This document shows, piece by piece, positions 10,714 through 20,413 of a stretch of DNA of 64,000 bases. Both the position numbers and the translations under genes were made by a program. This stretch comes from an uncultured Gammaproteobacteria bacterium (GTDB taxonomy: Bacteria; Pseudomonadota; Gammaproteobacteria; UBA9214): NCBI GenBank assembly GCA_963773065.1, contig CAVYZN010000006.1, positions 32,001-96,000 of the forward strand. Reading direction: 5' to 3'. The notes beneath the pieces were generated by a model that saw nothing but the letters and a program-made list of their open reading frames with translations, had not been told where the DNA came from and did no database searches. Within the stretch, counting starts at the first letter, position 1. Every line of letters begins with the position of its first letter.

Positions 10714-11923
10714 TCAGAGGATCCCGCGGTTCTGCATAGACCTGATTTTGATATACATGGTCTGGAAAATGTTCGACAGCAATGAAACTGCCGCCCGCTT
10801 CGAGGTATAGCGCGAGGCAAAACATTCCCGCGTCTTGCCGCGCATGCGCTCGCGCTGCACTGGATCCAAGCTAAGCCAGCGATTGAACATTGCTACGCAG
10901 CCCTCGACCGTGTCCTCATCCGCAATACCCGCTCCGTCAGCGACGATGTCCGCCCAGATGTTGACCGATCTGGAGATCAGCACGGGGACACCGACGGATA
11001 GCGATTCTACCACGGCGATGCCAAAATTCTCCTGGTGTGAGGGCAACACAAACGCCTCGGCGCATTGCAGCGCCCCCCACTTGTCGTCCCCCATGCAGCA
11101 TGCCGGTCCAATAGATGCATTCATCGACGCCCAAACGCCGGCTCAATGCCTTGAGCTCACCGGCATAGCCGCCATCGGCCGGCCCGGCCATGATCAGGCG
11201 CATGCGCCGCGTATCCCAGTCACCCGAATCGCGCAGCCTCGCCACCGACTTGATGAGGATGTCCGGCCCCTTTTTCGGATGCACCCGGCCGAGAAATACA
11301 AACCGTCGAAAGTCCTGCAATGCGGGGTGCCTTTCCAGAAAGGCGGTCCCGTAGTCACGCCCGGGATCCTGGGCGCCCGGTGTGCCGTAGTTGACCACGA
11401 TTTCGTTACAGTCGTAGAGCCAGAATGAATCCCGCGCGAGCATCCGTTCCTCCTCGCAGGTGAACATCACTCCGCGAGCATCGCGCAGGACGGGATAGAC
11501 CGCCCAGGGCCAGAAGAGCCACTTCTTCACGTGCTTTAAAGGGTAGCGGTATTTGAACCACGGATCGAGCATACCATGGGTGTAGACGAAATAAGGCACG
11601 CCCGTTTCGCGCAGCGCGCGCCATGTGCCGAAGCAGTTGTAGCCCCAGATGCCATTCACCACCACACAGTCATAGTTGCGGGCGTTGGCGCGTAGCCACG
11701 GCACAAACCTGGGTGAGTAACCATAGCGCGTAAAAGCCGGCCCCATGGCATGCACGGTGTACGGAAACTCCCGCACCCATCTGCTGGCCGGATCGTCCAA
11801 CGTAAGGAGTTCGATCCGGTGGCCATAGTTCTTATTGATCCGGGATAGCTGCCTGACGCCCTCGATAGGGCCACCCGAAGCCGGGTCCACTGACGCGATC
11901 GAATGGAGTATCCGCAACTGCAT
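10714..11923 (-). CDS. GT4 glycosyltransferase (frameshift near 11095)
   Basis: SVDPASGGPIEG, HGMLDPWF, FLGRVHPKKG; second frame FVLPSHQENFGIAVVESL. Confidence 0.88.
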
Positions 11924-11926
11924 GCA

Positions 11927-12430
11927 TCAACGCCCGTCGATGCGCGAACACGTCGGGCATTCGTTCTGGGGTGTGGCACGATAGGTTAGAAGCTGATCCA
12001 TGGATATCCAGCGTCCGTCACTCCCCTGCAGCGCCCCGCAGCCATGGCAGACATTGAGCAATGACCGCATGGCATCCATCCGCCGACGATGCGCCTCCAG
12101 TGTGCGCTTGAACAACAAGACGAAAATACCGGAAACCAGATAAACTACACCGCGGACAACGCCGTCGTAATAGCGTATCCACTCCTCGCTGTATTCCTGT
12201 CCCGACAAAGCGTTGGACCATATCCACAAACACACGGCCAAAGTGACGCCAACTGCGGTCCCTTTCCAGCCGAAATCCCAGGACAGCGACGCCACTGGAA
12301 TCATGTAGAGGGGAAACAGTCCAAATTCATAGCCCAGCGTGATCTGGCCCAAGAAGACCCACAGGAACCACGTCAAGGGTATCAGGACGCGCATGACGAA
12401 TTTGGACACGGATAAGGGCCGTATATTCAC
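11927..12430 (-). CDS. Small membrane protein, DUF4118-like TM domain plus Cys-rich tail
   Basis: About 4 TM segments (LYMIPVASLSWDFG), then LLNVCHGCG...GRWISMD...ECPTC. Confidence 0.6.
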   Translation of the reverse strand: MNIRPLSVSKFVMRVLIPLTWFLWVFLGQITLGYEFGLFPLYMIPVASLSWDFGWKGTAVGVTLAVCLWIWSNALSGQEYSEEWIRYYDGVVRGVVYLVSGIFVLLFKRTLEAHRRRMDAMRSLLNVCHGCGALQGSDGRWISMDQLLTYRATPQNECPTCSRIDGR

Positions 12431-12585
12431 ACTTCTTCTTCAGAGAGGTCGTTTTGTGGAAGGTGGGTTCAATTCGTTAGGGAAACCACATCACTGCTGT
12501 CCCGTTAACCAAATCAAAAAAGGCTTAAATCACAGTCAACATTCACCGAACGTATGATACGAAGCAAACGCATGAAAAAACAGAC

Positions 12586-12620
12586 TTCTAGCTGTCAGCC
12601 GCTAGGTTCTAGAAACTAGC
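12586..12620. repeat. Degenerate period-7 array NNCTAGN
   Basis: ttCTAGc tgTCAGc cgCTAGg ttCTAGa aaCTAGc at the asnB 3' end. Confidence 0.55.
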
Positions 12621-14418
12621 AATTACGGCCTTCTGTCCCATTTGTCCGATAAAGGTAATGTCCCAACACCACCAGGCTCCACAGACGGGTCCAGTGGAGC
12701 TTTCGGTCCGCAAATCCCCTGCATAGCCGATCAATCACCCGTTCGCTAACCAAACGACAGCTTTTTAGATGGACGATGCCGTGGTTCACGAAGTCGGCCA
12801 GAGGCCCGCGCATCCAGGCATCCATCGGTAGCGCAAATCCCATTTTTCGGCGCTGGTAAACCTCCGGCGGCAACAGATCGCGACAAGCCTCGACCAGCAG
12901 ACCCTTCACGCCTCCAAACCGTCGCTTCTCGGCAGCGGGCAAACCCAGCACGTATTCGGCGAGTTCATGATCCAGCAGCGGCACGCGGAGTTCCAGACTC
13001 ACCGCCATGCTGACTTGGTCCGAATCGCGGAGCAGCATGTCCGCCATGTAGTGGCTCAACTCGGCCCAACTTACCCGCGCAAATTCGTCCGCTAGGTCCC
13101 ACGACGGATCCGCCGGATAAGGCGGTACAGGCAGTCCGGCTTCCCGCAAGAGACGGTTGGTCCAAAACGACCGCCGCCACGCCACAATGGGCGCGATTCC
13201 CCCCGCCGGCAATTCCGCCAGCCGCCGGCCATTGGCCCCCGCCAGGCGCAGCGGCTCCCGCAGGACCGCAGGCACCCGTGCCAGCCAGCGCAACCGGCCG
13301 ATTTCCCCAAAAATCGGATAGCCCCCAAACAGCTCATCTCCGCCGAGACCGGACAGCGCGACCTTGATCCCTGCCTCGGCCACCTTACGGCTGATGATGT
13401 AGGTGTTTATCGCGTCAACCGAGGGCAGGTCCAACACCTGCACGCAATCCAGTACCAGTTGCTGTACTTCGGCGTGATCCAACTGCACGCGCTGGTGACG
13501 GGTGCCGTAGCGACGAGCGATTTGCTCGGCGATGGCGGTCTCGTCGAACCCCGCCTCGGCAAAACCCAGTGAAAACGTGCGCAAGGCACCGGCCGCCGCC
13601 TGCGCGGCCAGCGCCGTGACAATTGACGAATCGATACCGCCGCTCAAGAAGCTGGCCACGGGCACATCCGCCAGCAGGTGCTCTCTCACCGCCTGCTCAA
13701 GCAGGGCTCGCACCCGTTGGGTCGTGCTGTCTCCAGTTTTTACGGGCACATTACGCTCCTTGGACAAAGCTGGCGTCCAGTAGCGCCACTGCCGAATCCG
13801 ACCTTCGGCCGACACCTCCATGGTGTGGGCGGGCGGTAAGCTCGACACCCCGGCGTGCAGCAATGAGGTCCCCGCACACGCGCCGGAACGCACATAAGCA
13901 GCCAGCCCCAAGGAGGAAACCGTGCCGCGCAAATCGGCCGGGAAAGCCCTCACCTCGGAGGCGACCAGCAACTGCGAATCGGTCTGCACGTAATAGAACG
14001 GTTTGATGCCAAACCGGTCCCGCGCCATCATCAACCCGCCGGTGCGGGCATCATACAGCACAAAGGCGAACATCCCTTTCAATCGGCTCAGCATCCCAGC
14101 TCCCCATTGCCGGTAGGAGGCCAGTAACGTCTCCGTATCGCTGTGTCCCCGCCAGGCCCCGCCCAGCTCTCGGCGCAATGCCAGATGATTGTAGATTTCC
14201 CCGTTGAAGACGATGACATTGCCCGTCTCCGGATCGCACATGGGCTGAGCCCCGTTGCCACTGAGGTCTAGAATGGCCAGCCGTACAAACCCGAACCACA
14301 TTCGGTCGTCGGCCGAACGCCACTCGCCACGGTCGTCCGGCCCACGATGTGCCATGCACGCCGGCTCCATCCGCCCGGCTTCTCCCTTGAAATTAAACCA
14401 TGCCAGTATGCCGCACAT
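12616..14418 (-). CDS. asnB: Asparagine synthase (glutamine-hydrolysing)-like amidotransferase, polysaccharide-associated
   Basis: MCGI, HRGPD, RLAILDLS, FNGEIYNH, SDTE, RDRFGIKP, LSGGIDSS, LSGLGGDELFGGY. Confidence 0.93.
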   Translation of the reverse strand: MCGILAWFNFKGEAGRMEPACMAHRGPDDRGEWRSADDRMWFGFVRLAILDLSGNGAQPMCDPETGNVIVFNGEIYNHLALRRELGGAWRGHSDTETLLASYRQWGAGMLSRLKGMFAFVLYDARTGGLMMARDRFGIKPFYYVQTDSQLLVASEVRAFPADLRGTVSSLGLAAYVRSGACAGTSLLHAGVSSLPPAHTMEVSAEGRIRQWRYWTPALSKERNVPVKTGDSTTQRVRALLEQAVREHLLADVPVASFLSGGIDSSIVTALAAQAAAGALRTFSLGFAEAGFDETAIAEQIARRYGTRHQRVQLDHAEVQQLVLDCVQVLDLPSVDAINTYIISRKVAEAGIKVALSGLGGDELFGGYPIFGEIGRLRWLARVPAVLREPLRLAGANGRRLAELPAGGIAPIVAWRRSFWTNRLLREAGLPVPPYPADPSWDLADEFARVSWAELSHYMADMLLRDSDQVSMAVSLELRVPLLDHELAEYVLGLPAAEKRRFGGVKGLLVEACRDLLPPEVYQRRKMGFALPMDAWMRGPLADFVNHGIVHLKSCRLVSERVIDRLCRGFADRKLHWTRLWSLVVLGHYLYRTNGTEGRNC

Positions 14419-14449
14419 TTTATTGGTTACATAAGCCTCTGCTACTACC

Positions 14450-14491
14450 TGCTAGCCTCTGGAAACTAGCGACTAGCGCCTTGCAACTGGG
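14450..14491. repeat. Degenerate period-7 array NNCTAGC
   Basis: tgCTAGc ctCTGGa aaCTAGc gaCTAGc gcCTTGc aaCTGGg upstream of asnB. Confidence 0.55.
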
Positions 14492-14681
14492 GTATTTGGC
14501 CGCCCATCTCCCTTTCCTTGAGTACGATGAAGTATTCGTAGATGGCTTGCAGCATCGCCATCGCATAGGTGCAGCCGGTGCGGCCATCCAAGATCGCACC
14601 ACGCACAAGCAGCATGTAGAAAAACTTGAGCAAGGGGTGGCCAGGCTGGAGAGTATTGGAGGTCTGCATTCTTGTGTCCAA
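14466..14681 (-). pseudogene. C-terminal remnant of a GT2 glycosyltransferase
   Basis: PLLKFFYMLLVRGAILDGRTG..YA..LQAIYEYFI.LK, a typical GT2 tail; the rest is missing. Confidence 0.65.
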
Positions 14682-14913
14682 ACCTGCTGAACCACGAGTG
14701 CCTCGGAAGATAGTCCTTCAGTTATTTTTACCCGTTAACGGTAATTGACATAATATTCAGGTGATTATGGATTGTCTATCTGACTTGGTCCCTCAGTAGG
14801 GTCCGAGAGGTTCGCAGGTGACAGTCATCAACAGACTGAGCAGACAGGATTTTTATCATATTTTGTAGTGTACTATTATCCATAGTCCGAATCCTTCATT
14901 TTAGTTGTTGGCC

Positions 14914-14972
14914 GCCTAACGAATAGCGTTTATCCACCACGCAGATTACAGTAAGTCGAATCGCATCGTGCG
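14914..14972 (-). other. attC-like site remnant
   Basis: Minus strand reads CGATGCGATTCGA-N20-GGATAAACGCTATTC-GTTAGGC (GTTRRRY core); inverted copy at 17191-17241. Confidence 0.5.
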
Positions 14973-15942
14973 AATAGTAAAAAAACATCTCATCTGGAGC
15001 GCTTTGTTGCTCGTGCTTGCGACCATCAACGGTGAAATAGTCGCTCGATATTACCTTGGATTAGGCACACCCCCACTTTACATTCCGCACCCAAGAATTG
15101 AGTACATGTTAAAACCAAACCAGGACCTATATAGGTTTGGCAATCACTTCATCGTCAATCAATATGGAATGAGGACAGAACCTTTTGCTAGTCAAAAAGG
15201 AAATGGCGAATTTAGGATCATGGTTTTTGGAGATTCTGTGCTAAATGGCGGGAGTCAAACAGATCAAGTTGCGTTGGCAACAACCATATTGAAAGACAGG
15301 CTCAGTGAAGCAAATGATAAAAATGTGGTTGTTGGAAACATATCGGCAAGTAGCTGGGGGCCTGGCAATTGGCTCGCATATGCTAAAGAGTATGGGTTCT
15401 TTGGAGCCGACATCATTGCTTTAGTTATTTCAAGCCATGATTATGCCGACAACCCTACTTTCCAAGCCTTAGACAAGAACACTTACCCAACCGAAAAGCC
15501 CATTTCGGCCCTTCTTGAAGGAACCACAAGATACTTGCCTCGTTATCTGACACAGCTAGGCGCTGACAACAAGAACACAACTGAACTTGACCGATTTGCA
15601 GCAGAAGCTAATGAACAAGATGCGCAAAAAGGGCTTAGTGATTTGAGACGCTTTCTGGAACTAGCTAAGAGCAATACAGCCAAACTTTTGGTACTTCAAC
15701 ACTGGGAGAAATCAGAAATTGAAAGTGGTTCTGCTAATCCCGGGAACCAACGTATCAGGATAGTTTGCGAACAAATGGGGATTTCTCCCATATCGTTAGA
15801 GCCCTATTTCCATCGGTCAATCGAAAGTGGAATCAATCCCTATCGCGACAACATTCACCCTAACCAGGTGGGACAGCGACTGATTGCCGAAGCAATCCTC
15901 GCTAATATGCCTAAGGAGCCTATGATATATGAACTTAAGTGA
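14968..15942 (+). CDS. SGNH/GDSL hydrolase-like protein
   Basis: N-terminal TM segment, IMVFGDSV (block I), RDNIHPN..GQ..IAEAI (block V DxxH). Confidence 0.8.
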   Translation: MRIVKKHLIWSALLLVLATINGEIVARYYLGLGTPPLYIPHPRIEYMLKPNQDLYRFGNHFIVNQYGMRTEPFASQKGNGEFRIMVFGDSVLNGGSQTDQVALATTILKDRLSEANDKNVVVGNISASSWGPGNWLAYAKEYGFFGADIIALVISSHDYADNPTFQALDKNTYPTEKPISALLEGTTRYLPRYLTQLGADNKNTTELDRFAAEANEQDAQKGLSDLRRFLELAKSNTAKLLVLQHWEKSEIESGSANPGNQRIRIVCEQMGISPISLEPYFHRSIESGINPYRDNIHPNQVGQRLIAEAILANMPKEPMIYELK

Positions 15943-16646
15943 AGCGACGCTGTAGAATACGCTGCGCTCCCTGAAAATAGCGCGCAACATGCTCGAGGTA
16001 GAACCATTGCAGCGGCGAAGCGCGCCAATAGCGGCGATTGACAAAGAGCACGTCGCTGTTATGTACACGCGAAAACACGACGCACGCGAAGCCAAGTGCG
16101 ATCAGTCGACATTTTGTCTCAGCGACACGCGCGCTACACCGAAGTTCGTCGATAAAATCATGGAACTCGACAGTGATCTGCGGGATCGCTTGCAGCGCGG
16201 AATCGCTGAGCGAGGCGAGCACTTCGAACTCGGCGCCTTCGATGTCCAGCTTCAGCAAGTCTATGCTGGTGATGCCGGCTCGCTGCTTGATGGTTTCCAG
16301 CGTGCAGCCGCTCACAATCACGGCGTTGCTGCCAGGACGGCTATCTTGCGCAAGGTGACTAGCTTCGGGATTGGGGTCTATGGTAAACGACACTTGGCCG
16401 TCTGCGCCCGCGATAGCGCAGTTCAGTTTCTCGATGCCCTCACCGCTTGCCATGCGCTTGAACAACTCCGGATTGGCTTCGACAGCGAGACAACGACAGC
16501 CATAGGAGCGGTGCACTCCTTGAGAGAACTCGCCCAAGTGGGCGCCGAGGTCGATCACGACTGAGTTTGGTCCGAGCATGTCGGCCAGGAAATTGGTGCC
16601 CGCGTATTCTGACTAGGCCGCTTTTGGGCCTCGGCTGTCCGTCCAT
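15935..16646 (-). CDS. FkbM-family methyltransferase (probable frameshift near 16590)
   Basis: VIDLGAHLGEFS, AVEANP, IDLLKLDIEGAE, QITVEFHDF. Confidence 0.88.
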
Positions 16647-16652
16647 TCGTAC

Positions 16653-17165
16653 TCACTCTTTCAAAGCGCCCTTGGCGCACCGCGTTGCCAGGGCCCAGTC
16701 TATCCGTCTCGTGCATCGCCACAAACCGAGCGGCACGAGGTTGGAATGAGGCGGCGTCACCCCCTTGAATAGACAATGATAGGACAAGAAATCGTCATGT
16801 GCAGCTTCTCGGGCAGAATCTACGCCGCGCAGCGTCCAGATGGTCGTATCGCCGATCGACTGAGTGCTCGCCTTTCTGAGCCGAGTATAAGAATAATAAA
16901 CGCCATCTTTCCCCAAGTCCACGGCAAGTTCACAGGCAGCGAACAGCCATTTGCCCCTCATGATGACCACGTAATCGTACAGAGTTCGCCGCGAGCGCCG
17001 GAAATCCATCATCCCCACCTCGACTTTCCGGCCAATCCTGCCATCAGACCAACTGATCGTAAGCGCAAAATAAACCGCACTCTGTTTGCTTTTTGACAAC
17101 AGCAGCATGCCCTCACCGAGCAGCTTGACGCACACCGCCTTTTGAGGCTTACAATCCTCTAGCAA
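16653..17165 (-). pseudogene. Probably chimeric remnant ORF, unknown function
   Basis: 170 aa ORF without recognisable motifs; its stop lies just upstream of the FkbM start, as expected for the tail of a lost upstream gene. Confidence 0.25.
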
Positions 17166-17190
17166 TGGTCACTGCCCGGTTCAGTCCACA

Positions 17191-17241
17191 CGCACCCCGA
17201 TGCGATTCGATCAGTGCAACGGATAAACGCTATTCGTAAGC
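17191..17241 (+). other. attC-like site remnant preceding the methyltransferase gene
   Basis: CGATGCGATTCGA-N10-GGATAAACGCTATTC-GTAAGC; shares 13 bp and 17 bp blocks with 14914-14972 in inverted orientation. Confidence 0.5.
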
Positions 17242-17255
17242 TTCCATTGATAACA

Positions 17256-18023
17256 ATGTTAAATATCATGAAATTACTCGTCCGTAAGTTGATGCCCCAT
17301 TTTCTCCTTAAGCACTATAATCGCTTTAAGCGGCTTAAGGAACAAAGACAGAACCGCAATAAAACCACCGAAGAAGTATTTACAGAGATTTACGAAAAGA
17401 ATAAATGGGGCGGCTCGCAAGGAGAATTCTGTTCTGGCTCCGGAACATCCAATGAACAGATTGTTTCTGCTTACATCTCTCTGGTTACCGAAAAAGCATC
17501 CAGTGAAAACTTTTTTGGTTTGACTTTTGTTGACCTTGGTTGCGGAGATTTCCGCGTAGGCAAACGATTGCTCCCACTATGCTCAAGCTATATTGGTGTC
17601 GATATAGTCAAGCCGCTTATACAAAGAAATCAGGAGATATATGGTAATGCGTTCACACAGTTCATTCACTTAGACATCGTGGAGGATGAATTACCAAATG
17701 GTGATGTATGTTTTGTCCGACAAGTATTGCAACACTTGTCCAACCAACAGATAACTGCCGTTCTCCATAAGCTTAAAAAGTATAAGTGGGTGTTTATCAC
17801 AGAACACTACCCGACTGACAATGATGCGATAAAGCCAAACATAGATAAAATCCACGGGGGCGATGTTAGAGTGTACGCCAACTCTGGCGTCTATCTTACA
17901 ATACCTCCTTTTGAATTGCCTATTTATGAACTGAAAGAGGTATTAGAAGTTCCCGGGGTTGGATTGGGAAAAGGAAATGATCCTGGAGTAATACGTACAT
18001 TCCTTTACAAACCCAGAGGCTAA
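17256..18023 (+). CDS. Class I SAM-dependent methyltransferase
   Basis: VFTEIYEKNKWG...SGSG, VDLGCGDF, YIGVDIV, VRQVLQHLSN. Confidence 0.85.
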   Translation: MLNIMKLLVRKLMPHFLLKHYNRFKRLKEQRQNRNKTTEEVFTEIYEKNKWGGSQGEFCSGSGTSNEQIVSAYISLVTEKASSENFFGLTFVDLGCGDFRVGKRLLPLCSSYIGVDIVKPLIQRNQEIYGNAFTQFIHLDIVEDELPNGDVCFVRQVLQHLSNQQITAVLHKLKKYKWVFITEHYPTDNDAIKPNIDKIHGGDVRVYANSGVYLTIPPFELPIYELKEVLEVPGVGLGKGNDPGVIRTFLYKPRG

Positions 18024-18069
18024 CCCACTGACTCATTCATGCAGCGCAAACAAGTTCAGTGGGCGCCGG

Positions 18070-20322
18070 TTATTTCCCCAACTGAGTCTCATATCCACGT
18101 CGACTAAGTAATTGACTAACAGGTTTCGGCAAACCATAGGCCATGACGTGAATGTTGCCATTGTCGACAAATAAAGCCTGCTCGTTGAGTTGCCGGTCTT
18201 CTTGCAAAAACGTATTCATTAGCACACCCGCTGTAATTTTCCCGAGTGGGACATCGATCGATTTGCTGTTGTACAGAAATACTCGCGTTTTATCGGCCAT
18301 TATGGACGCAGCCGAGGCCCCCCCTTTCTCGAATACACATCCTTCGCAAGTAGACTCATCTGGAAGCATGGCAACATTATTCTTACCCGCGCGAAAATAA
18401 CTATTGACGAAATAAGTTGGCTTGTCACTGCTGATAACGGGAGATCCCCCGTTATTGATAAAATCGGTATTCGCGAAAACCGCGGAAAAATTATTTTTCA
18501 TCGACACCGCAGATTCAGTATTGTCCCTGAATGCACAGTCGATAAATGCATTCAGATTATCTTCTCGCCTTGCCTGCAAATCAATACCTCGGCCAGACTC
18601 CACAAATTGGCAACGATAGAAGACATTCTTGTCCATATAGGACATGCCTGGGGCATCACCGCTGATATATAAGGGATTGACACGCTGCTTTACCCCAGCC
18701 TCCGCGCATCGGATGAAATTCACATTATCAATAAAATTGTTATCCCAGCCATAGATACCATCAATAAATATCCCTGAATCCGACATATCTCGGAACGTAA
18801 CATGAGACAGATATACAAGATTGAACTGAGCACCTGCACCCGCACCGGCAACATCATGGTGTATACCATTTCGCCCGCCTTGTAATGTAAGGTCTGCCAG
18901 AGTAAATGCGGTAGAAGCAGTCTTTTTAATGTGTTCATCGCTGACAATCATGTCGATATTCGGGTTCTTCGCTATGATGGCGGTTCGTGTGGCTCCCTCT
19001 CCGATGATGCCCTGACCAGAACGGAGTCTGATCGGTTTCGTTATGTAATAGATTCCTGCAGGCACCCGCGCGATTCCCTGGGTATCAACCAAGCCCTGTA
19101 GATAACCGGAACTATCGGGTCTACTATCTATACCTACTTTCCAGTCCGGCCCTGCAGGATCGGGAATCGGAGCAAGAACAGGCCTGCTCCAGGAGCTGAC
19201 TGGGAGTTCGTGGTTGACAAACATTCTCTGTAGCTCGGCTATGTCATCCGCAGCGAGGTTCTGCTGACCTAGATTGACTCCGCGTACCAGCACCTCAGGT
19301 TCCGAATCCGTAAAGGCCTTGACGCTGAAGGAATCATGCGCGAGAACACTAATGCTCAGGTTCTGAATATTGGATAAAAAATATCGTCTTACTTGAGATT
19401 GAAGGGTTACCGTAGGATCACCAACCCGACTGATTTTAGTTCCAAAGATCTGCGCTTCATCCGCACCTGCATCCAGGTAATGACCAATACCACTCTTTGC
19501 ATCGCCCCCGCTCGCCGCCATCAGACGCAATGTGCCCGTATTAGTGACGGTCATCATCGCAGGATTCTTTGCTTGCTTGGACCAATTCCACGACTCGGCA
19601 TCGAGACCGGCAAATGTCACATCGTCCTGGCCGTCGACGATAACCCCATCCCCAAGTGGCGTCAGGATATTGAGCCACAGAAAGACATTGGCACCAGAAA
19701 GTCGTTTAGCATCGCCACGCATCTGAATTGCAGGGTATGATGAGTGGGTCATTACGCGAATAAATCGGTTGTTTCTTAGATATCCTCTTTGTCTTGTGTC
19801 GATGTTGAGCTGCGTATTCGAAATGTCGACAAAGAGATTGTCTTCGAGCTTCGCATCCTTGATAGTTACCGGCCCGGTGATGCGGCGAAAGCAGTTACCT
19901 CGAGTAACCTTCTCGGATGCTAAAAAGCTAATCCCATCCGTGTCGACTCCCTGTAAAACAACACCCGTTGCACCATCCGCAACGACTACCCGGCCGATTT
20001 TAGACCCGGAAATTCCATACAGCTCCTGACCACTCGACAATGTAATCGGACCACCGCCCGCTGCGTAGTTACCATGCGGCTCCAGCCTTACTTTCCGATG
20101 CTGATTTAGCATAGACTGGATTTCACCAGCCCGCGTGACCGGTAGCGGATACGCGTCGCGAGGAAGCGCATCGCCACTCCCGTCAAGGCACGGTTCATTA
20201 ATAGGATTATTTAGATCAAGCGCATAAGCCGGAAGAAGGAAAGCGGCGCAGATCGTAAAGATCACCACGATCACGAGTGATCTCAGCAGCCTGTTACGTT
20301 CCTTCAATTCATAACAGCACAT
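18070..20322 (-). CDS. Large secreted right-handed beta-helix protein (pectate lyase 3-like)
   Basis: Hydrophobic signal ending AYA-LDL; DSSGYLQGLVD...VPAGIYYITKPIRL.SGQGIIGEG...T.I; many Asn/Cys-rich beta-helix-type repeats. Confidence 0.65.
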   Translation of the reverse strand: MCCYELKERNRLLRSLVIVVIFTICAAFLLPAYALDLNNPINEPCLDGSGDALPRDAYPLPVTRAGEIQSMLNQHRKVRLEPHGNYAAGGGPITLSSGQELYGISGSKIGRVVVADGATGVVLQGVDTDGISFLASEKVTRGNCFRRITGPVTIKDAKLEDNLFVDISNTQLNIDTRQRGYLRNNRFIRVMTHSSYPAIQMRGDAKRLSGANVFLWLNILTPLGDGVIVDGQDDVTFAGLDAESWNWSKQAKNPAMMTVTNTGTLRLMAASGGDAKSGIGHYLDAGADEAQIFGTKISRVGDPTVTLQSQVRRYFLSNIQNLSISVLAHDSFSVKAFTDSEPEVLVRGVNLGQQNLAADDIAELQRMFVNHELPVSSWSRPVLAPIPDPAGPDWKVGIDSRPDSSGYLQGLVDTQGIARVPAGIYYITKPIRLRSGQGIIGEGATRTAIIAKNPNIDMIVSDEHIKKTASTAFTLADLTLQGGRNGIHHDVAGAGAGAQFNLVYLSHVTFRDMSDSGIFIDGIYGWDNNFIDNVNFIRCAEAGVKQRVNPLYISGDAPGMSYMDKNVFYRCQFVESGRGIDLQARREDNLNAFIDCAFRDNTESAVSMKNNFSAVFANTDFINNGGSPVISSDKPTYFVNSYFRAGKNNVAMLPDESTCEGCVFEKGGASAASIMADKTRVFLYNSKSIDVPLGKITAGVLMNTFLQEDRQLNEQALFVDNGNIHVMAYGLPKPVSQLLSRRGYETQLGK

Positions 20323-20413
20323 AAGTTTTATTCCTATCGCACATTCACCCACGTCGGCAGGCAAATGATTACTCTAAAATTCAGTGGTGTCATAGGATAA
20401 ATACCTAATCACT

